Source: Camelus ferus (Eukaryota). From it: 64,000 nt of DNA. Positions 1-15,896 of the stretch are shown piece after piece (positions within the stretch are counted from its first letter, which is position 1; the number at the start of each line of letters is the position of its first letter). Position numbers and translations under genes: made by a program. Below the pieces are notes generated by a model. It worked only from the letters and a program-made list of their open reading frames with translations. It did not search any database and was not told the DNA's origin. The stretch lies in NCBI RefSeq assembly GCF_009834535.1, contig NC_045697.1:48176001-48240000 (forward strand). Direction: 5' to 3'.

Positions 1-1031
1 CAGTGATATGCTAAGGGTTTTTGATCTATTCATAAAAGGTAGGCAACAATTTTTGGAGTGTGAAAAGGTCAATAGAGGGGTAGCATGTGGTGGTCAATTC
101 CTCATCCCAATCGAGGCTGAGAGACTGGGACCACTAAGAGAGGACTGGAATGCCAAGTTGGGGAGGCTCTGTGTGATAACGATTCTGGACACAAGCATGC
201 TTGTTTGGAGCCCAGGGAACATGGTCTTAGGAAGTGGAACAGAGAACTGGGGAGGGGGCCAGTTCCCCTAAATGCTCTGCAGACATTCATAGAACTCCAG
301 ACTCTGAAGGCTCAGGGTGATGGAACAGCATCCTCACAGAGGGCCCTGGTTGGATAGCAGTGATGGATCTTGACACAGAGGCAAGAGAAAAAATCTCAAC
401 AGTCCTGTTGCACGTCTCCCAGAAGCCAGTGGGGTGCTCTGTGGGCGTGGGGGGCAGCAGTCCTGCAGACATGCTGGCAGAACTATGGGACAGGGTATCG
501 ACACACACATGGTTGTGTTTATAGTCAAAGGTGCTGGTGTTCACACTTTTATGCCGTGCTCTTCTATGGGTGGTGAACAAGAGATGCTTATTCAATCTCC
601 CCCATGACTCAGTTCAATTTAGGGCCCACAAATGAACTCAGTATCATTGCTCTGTTCTTGCCCTCAAATGAGCAAACCGACTCAAGTGTCAGCTCAATGC
701 CAGGCACTGTGCAGTGCGCACAAAAGGAAAGTGGTCCACACCCTGTGAAAACCAGCCTCAAGTTTAGCACCTTTACTGCATGTACTCAGCTCAGTACATC
801 CTGACCCAGTTTAAAAGCACAAACTTGGATTACTTTCACTCAGGCTGTCTCAGCGGGTTGAAAGGTTCTAAAACATGTTTTCTTAATTACAAAGCATAAG
901 CAGTCTTGGTAGAGAACTCAAAAGCAGCCGCTGCCTGTACTGAATTACATGAGCTGAAATTAGGGAGTCACGTCTGTAGACCTTCTATCTGCCTCAGCGA
1001 TATGCAAAAACAGCTTTGTTTTCTTGGCAGA

Positions 1032-1034
<3 letters not shown>

Positions 1035-1073
<39 letters not shown>
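1035..1073. repeat. (CAA)13 trinucleotide microsatellite
   Basis: Uninterrupted CAA run read directly; it produces the spurious polyQ/polyC/polyV ORFs. Confidence 0.97.
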
Positions 1074-1389
1074 AGAAATGTTCCGGTAAAGGTTTTAAAA
1101 CAAACATTCTGGAAAATAGTAAGTTCTGATTTGTGGCATTTGCTTGTTTCCATGATGTAAATACTCCCACCATGGTCAATTTCAAGCTACCCAAGTGAGG
1201 TCATGGAAGAGGAGTGAGGACAGATGAGCACTGTTAGAGCACCTGCCCAAGTGCCTGTCCACGGAGCCTGGCGCTGTCTTTGGCTCTGTGACATTAAAGG
1301 TTTATTCTGTGCCTTGATATTCATCATAGCAGAGGCCTGGGCAGGCAGTGCCACTTTCTACACATGGATGGCCAGAGGGAAGTTTTCTA

Positions 1390-1484
1390 TTTTTTCCCCA
1401 GCTTTATTAAGATCTAATTGACATATAACATTGTGTAAGTTTAAGGTATATAAATGTGATGATTTGATACATATTATACATTGC
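1390..1484 (-). mobile_element. Old L1 (L1MA-like) extreme 3' end fragment
   Basis: CCCAGCTTTATTAAGATCTAATTGACATATAACATTGTGTAAGTTTAAGG resembles the 3' terminus of the L1 copy that starts at ~29832. Confidence 0.75.
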
Positions 1485-1796
1485 TTTTTTAATTGAAGTA
1501 TAGTCAGATGACAATGTGCCAATTTCTGGTGTATAGCATCATGTTAAAGATACAAATGAACTTATTTACAAAACAGAAACAGACTCAAGATATAGAAAAC
1601 AAACTTATGGTTACTAGGGGGGAAAGAGGATGGGAAGAGATAAATTGGGAGTTCGAGATTTGCAGATACTAACTACTATAAATAAGATAGGTAATTAAGT
1701 TTCTTCTGTATAATACAGGGAAGTACATTCAACATCTTGTAGTAACCTATAATGAAAAAGAATATGAAAAGGAATATATGTATGTATATGAATGAC
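1485..1796 (-). mobile_element. L1 3'UTR insertion with 5' inversion (1485-1545 on -, 1546-1796 on +)
   Basis: Poly-T plus TTGAAGTATAGTC...GCATCATGTT matches the L1 tail at 53759-53810. The next segment is the adjacent 3'UTR in the opposite orientation (matches 60560-60810 on +). Confidence 0.85.
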
Positions 1797-2579
1797 AGAT
1801 GGAAGTTTTTGAGCTATGCTACTGCCCATAGCACTAATGATGAAGTTGACAAAATGGATCAGTTGATTCAAGTATCAGTGGAATCCCTGACCAGCTCCCC
1901 ATCTCAACATTTTTATTGTTGTCCCTGTTTGTGGCAGAGACAAATTGCCCCCCATCATCTTGTTCTCCAGAGAAGTGGTGCTTACCAGGGTCTCTGCCTG
2001 GGGCCCGAGACACACAAGGAAGCTCTGTGGACCCAGGTTCCAGGTCAGAGGGAGAAGCTGGATCTCTGCGGACCTGAAGCCAGTTGTCTGGGAGCTCACC
2101 CCCTCCTCCTCTTTATGACTCACTCTGGTGAGCTCCTGAGATACTAGAATCTAGCCTTTCTAAATCAAAATCCAATGCTCTTACCGTTAACGCTGAGCTT
2201 CACTTGCACTGCAAGCAAGTATTGCCAGGAGGCCACTTAAGGAAAAGCAGACTGGCCTGCTATGATGTGGCTTTTAGTATGAATTCCATTTCACACAGTG
2301 GCAATGCTGCCCTTTTGCTGGTACGCAGAGAGTGGCACTGCCCCTCTTTATCCCCTCACCCAGCCCAGTCTCTGGGTTTGGTCCCTGACAAATGTTGGAA
2401 GGACCCCTGTCCTCCTCCTTCCAAGCAGCTGTCTGTCTGCTCCCCCCCGTGGGGTAGCACTGGTCCTCCCCTTCCTCTCTGCTGTCTGGGGACAGAGGTG
2501 CTTGCCCAGCTGGTAGTCCACTGTGGCATGCATTTGTTTGTCCAAGAACACCTTTTGTCTTCAAACACTGCAAGGTTTT

Positions 2580-2730
2580 CACTGGAATCAGACTTCGATT
2601 TGGGAACTCATTGTTCTTCAACTGACTAGTTAAACTCTGAGCTCCAAATTTTCACAGCTACAAAAAGGGAGAAATACCTATCTACAGAGGGGTGATATAA
2701 GAAGTTAATGTATGTGAAAGTACTTCATAA
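2580..2730 (+). mobile_element. MIR SINE remnant
   Basis: Degenerate MIR core (CTCTGAGCTCCAAATTTTCACAGCTACAAAAAGGG...GTTAATGTATGTGAAAGTACTT). Confidence 0.6.
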
Positions 2731-2933
2731 AACATAAAATGATTTGAAATGTAAGGTATTTCACTACCTCTCCATTGCTCTACATATACATTTCCATTAA
2801 CTTTAATTCCCAAGGTCAGCTTCCACAAAGCCACATGAGTTTATCAGTCTTGCTTTGAAAAGTTAGGTCTCAAGGGACTATCCACTCATTCATCGTGACA
2901 GCACGGGTGACAGACCTCTGACTTTGGAGTGAC

Positions 2934-2951
2934 TCCCAGCAGAGGGCACAT
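2934..2951 (+). promoter_or_regulatory. Candidate CTCF site
   Basis: CCAGCAGAGGGCAC at 2936-2949 fits the core CCASYAGRKGGCRS. Motif evidence only. Confidence 0.45.
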
Positions 2952-5900
2952 CTGGGAGATGATATGATGCAACAGTGATTGCTCTTCCTTACTGTAAATT
3001 GGAGGTGATTCTCTCTGCTCTTTCAAGCTGAGTTGGCTCTTAAAATGTTTAATTTGTGCTTAGAAACAGTTTTGTTTTATTACCAAATGATTCACAACAG
3101 CCACAGTCAGGGAAATGGTGCAACCTTTCAATTTCTCCCGATCTCCTCCAGTCAAGACTTTCTTGCCTTGCTAATTTCAGAGAATGGATGAGGGCAAAGA
3201 GTTGCCTGAGACCACCAAAATCCAAGAGAATGATGAAAGACAAGCTCCCAAAGAGAGTGGTCTAGAGAGAAGAAAGGAAGATCTGAGTTAAAATCACGAC
3301 TCTGCCCACTTGTTGGCACGTTATTAACCTCTCTGGATTCTCCATCTTTAAAGTGGAGCTGACAATACTGTACTGTACATTTAGCTGCTCAGCATCCAAA
3401 ATTTCTTGTTTTGGAGAAATCTCCTATTGTGTGAGTCTTGGGGACAGTAAGGTCTCATTTCAGCTACGGAGTCTGAAAAGGCCCCTGGTACTCAGGGCAC
3501 AAGATGCAGGATGGCAACTAGAGTGTTCCCACTCCAAACTTGGAATACTGAGTGATTCAAAGTCAGTGACTTAACTGGAGTGCCCTGTGTGATCTTGGCA
3601 TAGGTCCTGCTGCCCAGCTCCCCATGGCTTCCCCCTGGTTCTGCAGCCTTTCTTTGGATCCCATGACCTGTACAATGTCCTTTCAAGTATTTCTTTTTGG
3701 CTCAAGACAGCCAGAATTGTTTTTGTTGCTGTTGTTCGTCACTGACAACCTAGACCCCTATGTAGACAGACACTATTCTCTTTTTATAGATACGAAAATT
3801 TGGAACTCAGAGTTTAACCGATCAGTTAAAGAAGAACAAATCCTCAAATCTAGGTGTTCTGATTCCAAAGTCCATCATAGAGCAGATGTTTTTTGCACCC
3901 TGACTCTGTGCCAGGCTTTTGCTGGCATGAGGGACCTGATGGCGATGACATGGATGGAAATCCAGTGCAGGGCTATAGAGTGTGGCCTGCACCCTGCAGG
4001 CATCAGGACCATCAGGGCATTTAACATACATGTGACTCCAGGGTCCAACCGATGGGTCAGAATGTCTGGAGGTCAGACTAGGGAAGTGGTATATTTAATA
4101 AGCTCCCCAAATAATCCTGGTGCTTGCTGAAATTTGAGACTCTTTCCTCATATGTTGGTACCAGCCATAGATAGTATGAGTGTATATACACAGTAAATAG
4201 CATAAGGCAGGTAGCGTTCTTATGGATACACTTTGCAGGGGGGCAAATAGCTCTTAAGATGGACTTTCTAGTCACAAAACAAAAATCCTGGCCCTGTCCT
4301 GGAGAGCAGGACTACACATAGGCTAAGCCCCCTGCGTTTACTTGCTATCTTCACCCCACCTCATGGAATTAGCGTATGGCATCTCTAGAGGGGAGGGGAT
4401 AATTCATGGGCTACTGTCTTGCCAACAGACCTTATCTTGGCCCTTTGGTTTGAAACCCAGGAGTGGGCAGAAAAGAAAGGAACTGCAGTGTAACTTGTGT
4501 CCATGGAAAACACATTCTTTAGGCCTTTCGGAGGTAAGTTTATGATCAGTATTTTGATGTTGTGTTGCTTTCTTAAATTATTTTGTCATGTGCAATTCTA
4601 TTTAGAACCATTTATTTGGGGGGAAAAAAGGAATAACGCTTGTATTGGCTGAAATGAGTGAAGAGTTCAAACTTCCCATAAATTGCCTCTGTGAATCCCC
4701 CACGCCATCAGCTTCTTTGAAGTGGGATGGTAACTTGAATGAGCACTTTTGCCCTTGGCCCACACATTGCTCTGCTGGAAGAAAAAGATTATGTTTTACC
4801 TTAGACTGCTTCTCCCTCCTATGGAAACTGGTTTCTAAAGATGAAGAAGAGATATTCTCTAAAAGGACATTTCTGACACGTGTGGTAAGTGGTTAGCAAC
4901 TTATATGTAAACTTGGGAAATTAGTCTCTTCTGATTTAAAATTATATCTTACCATCTCCTGGAGTCACTCAATACAAAGTTCTCTGACTTGGAACTCCCC
5001 TGCAAATCCCGACAGACTGTGATCACACTTTAATAAAAACTGTCTTTCTACATACTTCAAACACCAATAAATTTCATTGAGCATTTTCCTACGTCTAATT
5101 GATAGAACAGGTTGAACCAGTTGAAAACATGAACAATTTCCAATCTCTATGTTTCCAGAAAAGCAAACAGTCTCTCGCAAACATTTGTCAAATGCCAACT
5201 CTAGGCCCAGCACTTGGTGTTCAACCCTGGGGTCAGGAAGTAGAACTTTGATATAACTTTCAACAATTTCCTCTACCCTGCCTATGAGCAAAGTGAGGCC
5301 CCTGCAAGTACTTCTGTAAATTACAAAATAGGTATGGTCTATAATCATCCGCAGCCCTTCAAGCCATGAGTCTGAAATAGAAACTTAGACAGACTGAAAA
5401 TAGAAGTGGCTCAGAGGAAATTGCTTCAACCCGGAGGGGTAATTTTCATTTCTGTTAGTTGTAAAAGGAAACCTTCTAACCTAGTCCTGCTGGTTTGGTT
5501 TACCTGTATACACTCCTTTAGTAGTTTTAACAGTAGTGAATAGCGACTGTGATGGGAGTTTTCAGTTTTGTTCTTGTTTATCTATGTCGGAGATGGGAGG
5601 GTTGAGGGTGATCAGAGCCTCTGAAGTCAACCCAGGCAAAGAAATAGAGAAAGAGGATCCATGAGAACAGGTGAAGAGAATGAGGATGGAGCCAGATTCA
5701 CATTCCAGGCTACAGAAAACCCAGAGTTTAGAGGACAGAACTGCCAGGTAGGTAGTTTTGGGGAGAAGCTCCATGGATGACATATGCATGTTCCAAGGAC
5801 AAAGAAGCAAAGAGTACAGGTTTAAAAATAATTCTGATTTGTTCTGTCAGCTGGCACCAGTATTGTCTGTAATGCATGGGGCTGAACAGCCACAAGGCTG

Positions 5901-6614
5901 ACCTAAGCTGATGGGGGTACGAAGGTACTAATGACACTTAGCGCTAGCAGAACAGAGGTGGGCAGCAAGGATGGTACTAGAATTCCGGGGAATTGGGACC
6001 CATCTACTTTCCCACCTACCCCCAATTGTGGTGACCCACTCTTCCAAACTGTAGTTTGTCTTATACCTCCGGGGTGGGGATGGGAGTAAGAAACAGAATA
6101 AAGTATGTACCCAAATTCACAGTAACATTTGATTGTTCACTGCGATTGTTTCTATGAAGACTACATGGCGGGAATAGAGGGAGCAGCCTTCTTGAACAAT
6201 TAATGTAGGAATCATACTATTTAATTACAGAGACATTTTCATTTCTTTCCTGAATCTAACAAGGGTAGAAAGACGAAATGGAGATCATGCAAAGGGAATC
6301 AGAGAAAACCCGCTTGGCTATCAATCCTGGTGCCCTACATTATTTTAAAGGCCTTTCAGGAGTGGAGATAAGGCTGCAAAGTTAGACATAGGCATCCTTG
6401 AAAGCAGTAGAAAAGGATGGGGAGGTGAAGAAAGCTGGTCAGAGTTTATGCCAGTCCTAATTGAGGGTTGCATCCTCCATCCAGCTCCTCTGCAACCAGG
6501 AGCAGTCGTCCTTGGCTCAAGCCCGTCCACACACAGGTTTCATGCTCTCTAGGCCAATGGACTGGGCAGTCCATGCTCATGGTCCGTGCAATCAATCACT
6601 TGCTGAGGAGTATC

Positions 6615-6795
6615 AGAGACCTGAAAAGACAGTCCTAGACTTGAATCCTGGCTCTGCCTCTTACTAGTTTCATGGCCATGGGTGTGTTACCTGCTTTCTT
6701 GACACTTTGGTTTTCTAATTTTTAAAATGATAGTCATTGGAGAATGAAGTGAGCTAAAGGAGGTGAAGTATTTGATGCAGTGCCTGGCACAGAGA
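6615..6795 (+). mobile_element. MIR SINE
   Basis: TTGAATCCTGGCTCTGCCTCTTACTAG...CAGTGCCTGGCACAGAG are MIR hallmarks. Confidence 0.8.
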
Positions 6796-6899
6796 TATCA
6801 GCTTTTGTGAAGATTTCAATTAAGCAGATTCCTTGTCTCCCTCCTTTGAGCCCCTGTTCCACCAATTACCCACCCTCATTATTGCATCCAGCCCTGAGG

Positions 6900-7085
6900 A
6901 ATGCAGCTATTTATTTTTATACATTCTCCTTAGCTGGACTGTGAGTTCCTACAGGAAGAGATCAAGACCTCATGGCTCTATATTCTTCACACTGTAACTA
7001 GCACTGTCACTAGTGCGGGCTCAATGAAAGTTTCTTGGATCCCCACAGTTCCTCTGCTGACTGAATGAGTAAGGGCATGAATAAA
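6900..7085 (+). mobile_element. L2 LINE 3' end remnant
   Basis: CTGGACTGTGAGTTCCTACAGGAAGAGA...GGGCTCAATGAAAG...TGAATGA follows the L2 tail pattern. Confidence 0.6.
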
Positions 7086-7842
7086 AGCGGAATGGTGGTG
7101 GGGAGAAATGAAACTAGAGGTCTTCATTAATCAAGGGGAATGTTCCAACATAGCATCCTCTTCTTGTTTTTACTGGTTCAGCAAGTAAGACACCAGACTT
7201 ACCGGATTTTATTCTGAATCTTGTTGACTAGCTTGTGAGCAACAGAAGTCTAGGCTGTGTTTACTTTTAAAGAAGCATGCAAGGAAGGCTCATTGGAGTT
7301 TCCAAGCTAGGCTGTTGAATTAGGAATGGCGAAGAAGAAGCAGCCCCACGCTGCCAAGACACAGTGTGGTTTCACACTACCTGTCATCTGCTAGAGCGGA
7401 TGGAGTCTTCTCGCATTTCACCCGCACCTCCTGCAGCTGGGTCTGTAGTCAGTCTGTATATGGGAGCCGTGGTGTCAAACTTGCCTTCATTTTCACACAA
7501 TTTTCAATTGCTATCTGGATCTTTTTCTTCCAAGGACTTTAACCCCTGCCATAAAATTTCCCTTAAGCCACAAAACATTCCCTCAAAGCATCTCTGACCA
7601 ACAACAAGCTTACATGAAGCTAATGTCTCAGCCCTCTATCTACAAATGAAGCCAGGAAAATATGGCTGCTAAGCAATCCAACAAAAAGCCATTCTTTTCT
7701 CACTGTCAGAGACCCTGTCCTGAATAGGCACGTCTGGTGAGCCAGTTTATACAGGGAATTATCCACATCTCTTGCCCAGGGCACATTCTGTTTTCCCTTG
7801 TGGACACAGGGGAGTTATATTTTATTTTATTTCATTTCATCA

Positions 7843-11251
<3,409 letters not shown>

Positions 11252-11286
<35 letters not shown>

Positions 11287-11297
11287 CATATATATAT
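11252..11297. repeat. (TA)n microsatellite at the L1 boundary
   Basis: Read directly, with one short interruption. Confidence 0.95.
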
Positions 11298-13584
11298 GAC
11301 TTATAAATCACTATTATTACCTGTTTGTTAAATTCCCTTAAGCTCATATTCAGCTGACTTGGCATGAGATAAGCAATAAACCATGAATAAAAACCAGACC
11401 ATGATATACCATGGTATTGCATGACCAGAGATATTGAAAAGCTTAGCAAAGATGAAAAACCAACATTTTGCTTTTAAGAACAGTACTCTCTCACCAAATT
11501 TAATAATCTTGTTCTTTTAAAATAGTTTTGAAATATGATTCCATTGTGTCCCTTTGAGAGGAAGAAGGGTAAAGCCTAGCCCAGGATAACTCATCTAGGA
11601 GGCCATTAGAGCTGGCCTAGGCCTCATGTTACAAAATGTGTGTTTTAGACTTCCACCTTAACTTCAAATGAGGTTATACCTATTGTCAGAGAGATCCAGG
11701 ACAGAAGTAAAAGACTTTTTTTTTCATGCAACTATACAGTTATCTCATCATGATATTACAGAGCCTGAATTAATACTTATAAACTACTTTGTGAACAGTA
11801 CAATTATATTGTATTAAGTTTATATGTTTTACACATGTTGATTCATTAAATGTAAACACTTAAAATACACTCTGTTTTTGTAACCTTGTTTTGACAGTTC
11901 CTGTTAAATATACTAGGGCTCAGCCTCTGGGAAGTGCTTGATGATTAGCATCTAAGTTCTCAAAAGAACCACTAGGTGTTGATTTTGCCTTACATGGCAA
12001 AACTCGCTGCATGCCCCGTGGAAGTGAAAAGGTTATCAGCCAACTGTTTGAGGGCTAATTGCAGCTTCTCAAATGATTTAAAGCATTCGAAGCATACATG
12101 GCCTGTTATTTTACCACAAATGTCCAGTTCTAGGAAAATATTCTTCAAGTGACTATGGTTACCTAATTATTAGTAAACATTAATCATGGATTAGGTTTGA
12201 AAGGCCACAGATTTGGTGTTCACTGAATGGTCCAGCTTCTCTTTCCATGACCCTTTGCACTTGAATGCAAAGGAGATGGAGCTAATGAAAAGTTTCCCTT
12301 TTCATTAGGCTATGTTAACTAGACTTCCCAATTATCATTTTTGTGTGTATTGTTGGAAAAGCTTATTATAAAATGTTCCTAAGGATATTTAGGAATAAGT
12401 ACTACAGCTTCTGGGAAAGTAAATAGCAGCCAATGGCATCAACACTAAACTGCTCTGCAGACCTTGAGATTCATCATGGTTTAAGTAAACATTTTTTTGA
12501 AAATTGATTTTTCCTTAAATTCAATATTACTGACTCACATCAACTGAGTCCCCCAGCCCCTGAACATCCACACTTGGAGAGAGATTTTAAATAACCAGAA
12601 TTCTAAGACTGAGCCTTTTATTAAATAAGAAAGCCAACAGCTTTGGTAAAGCCTCTGCTTTTAGTGGCCCAACAGGGAATTCTGGGATATAGCAGTGCTG
12701 CGGGATGGTGCCCCAATGAGTGTGATTCAGGGCACTCTTTTAGAAAAGCTAGTAAGAAGACATGGGATCAATCAGCTGTATGTCTTTTCATTTTGAAGTC
12801 TCTGGAGAGGAAGAATTTTTTAGAGCATATACTAGGTTTTGGACAGATGATAAGTAATAGCTGTCATTAAAGCAGCTTTAGGATTCACGGTGCTTGATTT
12901 TGAGATGCTTGGATTATGATGCCTAATATATCTCCTTACTTTTGCTATTAAGTAAAACCTAAACAAAAGAAGGCAGATCAGAGTATCCTATTTGTCCCCT
13001 CCCAAAGGTAGAATTCCTTGACTAGATTTTCCATCTCCTTTCAGGCAATTCTTTCCTGTTCACAACTTTCTGAGATAATCAGTACGCTGAATATTCTGGG
13101 CCAATAACAATGCTTCTCCTCCTCTCTTTCAGTTGATTCCTTAGCATTCCTGTGCCCCAGAAAGTCAAATTCAGCCATGGCTTCTGTCCAGTAAATTTCT
13201 CCATACTGTTAAAAATGTATCTTCTAAAGATAATTCAGATTTTTAGAAGGCTTTGAAATGATCTGGAGTAACTTTGTTTTCTCTCAAATTGTGAGGTTAT
13301 TTTGATTTCAGATAGCAACTAGGGAAAGAGTATTAATTTCTCTATTTTCTGTAAATTGGAAAAATGTCAGCATAAAATGATAGGCAGCCTGGAATGGCCT
13401 TCTTCACTATTTTGAACCCACATCAGTTTCCTCAACTAGCTAATGTAGATGGTATGTTGGTGGATTTAAACAGAGGATGTCGGTGGAATGATTACTAGAC
13501 CAAAGTGATATCGACAGAACTGTATAGTTAGTGGCGCTGGGAAGGTAATTGTTAATCAGTGGTTGGAGTACAAATCCTGAGTAG

Positions 13585-13619
13585 CCATCTAATGGCCACA
13601 CCATCTAGTGGCCACACCA
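13585..13619 (-). promoter_or_regulatory. 16-bp tandem duplication carrying two CTCF-like motifs
   Basis: CCATCTA(A/G)TGGCCACA x2; the minus strand reads TGGCCACTAGATGGTG and TGGCCATTAGATGGCT. Confidence 0.45.
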
Positions 13620-14587
13620 CGGTTTTTGAGGAATAATATTTAAAGACTTTTCTAGATCATGGAACAATGCTATTGGTCTGTATGTTGGCCGTAAACTCAA
13701 ATATGGTATTCTAAATCAATGACATGGGATCACCATCAGGTCACCTCATGCCCCTCCTTTTCAGGACCTACACTAGATCAATCTCAGTAGTATCCTTGGC
13801 CCATTTTCCCTGGGTTCTACCGTGGCTACCACTTACTTAAACTTAAAGGCAGAAAGTAAGAATTGAGGAAGGATGTATGTCATGTTTTTTAAGTGAGCTC
13901 ACTGAAACCCAAAACAATGCAAGAAAAACCAAAACAAAGTTACAAACAAGACAAAACAAATAAACAAAAACAATAAATACCAAACAAACCACCTCACCTT
14001 TGAAGAGTACACTTCAGATGGCTGTCCTCAGTGCCTCGCCTTCACTTCTACCAGGTGCTTTTCCATAATGGCCTAAGGAGAGCCTTGATGGGGATGAGCA
14101 CCTAGTGCTTTCTCCGCCAGTCAGAGGGCCCATCAATGTTTCACCATAATTTGTATGCTTTTTAATCTGGTGAAGTAACAACAAAGCCGTTTGAGTCCTT
14201 ATTACAACTGCCTCTAGGATCTAAGGAAAGGACAACTCAGTACCATCAGGTGCACAAGAAGTGCTGTACGAAAGGGCCCGAGCTGAAGCACAAAAGGAAG
14301 TGCAGGGGAAGAAGTAGTTCACTCTGAAAAGGTTGAGTGGCACATTTAGGAAAATAATTATTTTATCACTTGCTCTCCTATCTTTTCTTCGCTACCTGGG
14401 GCTATGGCTTGAATAGTGCAATTTTGAATATTTGTGAAATCATAAGGGTGGCAGGAATAAAGGATGGAAAGGCATCTCTGAGGGATTTTGTATTCCTATC
14501 AAGCTGCATTGATCTCTGTTCAATTCCCAAAGGCTGAGGTTTGGGTCTAAACCTAGTCAGGTGGTCCATGTGGACCAAAAGTCAGCC

Positions 14588-14830
14588 ACAATTCAGTTGT
14601 CTTTAGTAAATTCACAGACATGTGCAGCAATCACCACAGACAATCCTAAAACACATTCATCATCTCAAAAAGAAACCTTGAACCTTTTAGCTATCGCTTC
14701 CCTATCTGTCACTACCCCAGCCCTTAGCAACTACTAGTCTATTTCCTGTCTCTATAGATTTGCCTATTCTGGACATTTCACTTAAGTGGAGCCATATATT
14801 TGGTCTTTTGTGACTGGCTTCTTTCACTTA
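14588..14830 (-). mobile_element. Old L1 (L1MB/MC-like) 3'UTR fragment
   Basis: TAGTAAATTCACAG...CATCTCAAAAAGAAACC...CTATAGATTTGCCTATTCTGGACATTTCA...GACTGGCTTCTTTCACTTAG. Confidence 0.85.
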
Positions 14831-15248
14831 GGGGAGGGTATTTTTTTAAGTGAAAGGAAAAACCAAGTAGTCCCAACACTAAGGCAAGTAGAGGAGAGAA
14901 GAATAAGTCAAGGTTGGAAAACTATCCTTCAGAAATGAGGGAAAGGCAAAGGCAGAAATAACTCCTGAAGGCATTCTGCAACCATGGGTACAAGACACTT
15001 CAAGCATCAATCTGCATGAAGACTTTCATTTTGACAGTCAGTCTGCACCAGGGCTGAGAGTCTGCTGGTGTGTACAAGTTTGGTTGTATTAGTTGTTTAG
15101 ACAGCCAAGCTCTGATCTATTTGTGCCTTTGCCCTGTCTGTTACTAAAAATTAAAAATTTCACCCTGGGTTGCAGAGCCATTTTCAGGATGTTATTCTTG
15201 AGTAAGTCCTTGCTTCTAGTCACCAACATTGCTCAGAACAGGCAAAAA

Positions 15249-15283
<35 letters not shown>

Positions 15284-15896
15284 GAGAATAATGTTAGGAT
15301 CCTGGGCACCTAGCCCCAACTCATTCAAGGTATTTTGCTTGTAATGAAGACAACCATCCAGAAAACATCCTCTGCAAAGAAGCAGAGGACTTCCAGGCAG
15401 CTGAGCACACCATTCCTAAGAGGCTGGCAGGTCTCATTTCAAGGGCTTGGCATTCTTCAGAATTTTTTTTAAAAGTTCTTCAGCAGCATCCCAGGGCACA
15501 AAACTCTGGAATTTTCAGGAAAACCATAAGAACAGAGGAACATCTTTAAAATATGGAGATGAGTCAGACAGTCGGACACAGAGCTATTACGGACTGCTAG
15601 ACCACAGGGGGCTCCATTAGCACAATACGTTGGGAAAACATCAACAACTTTCTAGCTGGAGTATAATTACATCTGATGATAATTACTGCATCACAGTGCT
15701 GAGGCTGTGGTTGGACTGAGGGGCAGTGTTTGCCAGCCCCACATCCTTGATGGGGTGAACAGCAGCATCCAAACACACCTCCTCAGAAAAAGGGTCCCAG
15801 CTCCAGCTTTTCAAAATTCCACCTGGAGGGTGACTCCTTAGGAGCCTTCTGAAAAACTGTTTGGGTAAAACGATATCAGTTACGATTAAATGAGTA

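Noticed and set aside
906..1194. PolyQ, polyC and polyV ORFs
   Set aside because: They are translations of the (CAA)n microsatellite; the flanking residues are not protein-like.
3624..4130. 168-aa ORF, the longest non-L1 ORF
   Set aside because: No recognisable domain; the 5' part overlaps what looks like a decayed LTR end; the length is compatible with chance.
13585..13619. Short direct repeats here and at 24952 and 52470/53232 as a CRISPR-like array
   Set aside because: Only two copies each, no spacers of regular length, no cas genes, and the context is mammalian.
15244..15280. Poly-A run as a retrocopy tail or poly-Lys ORF (also 28068-28112)
   Set aside because: No upstream SINE or mRNA-like body and no TSD found; treated as low-complexity sequence.
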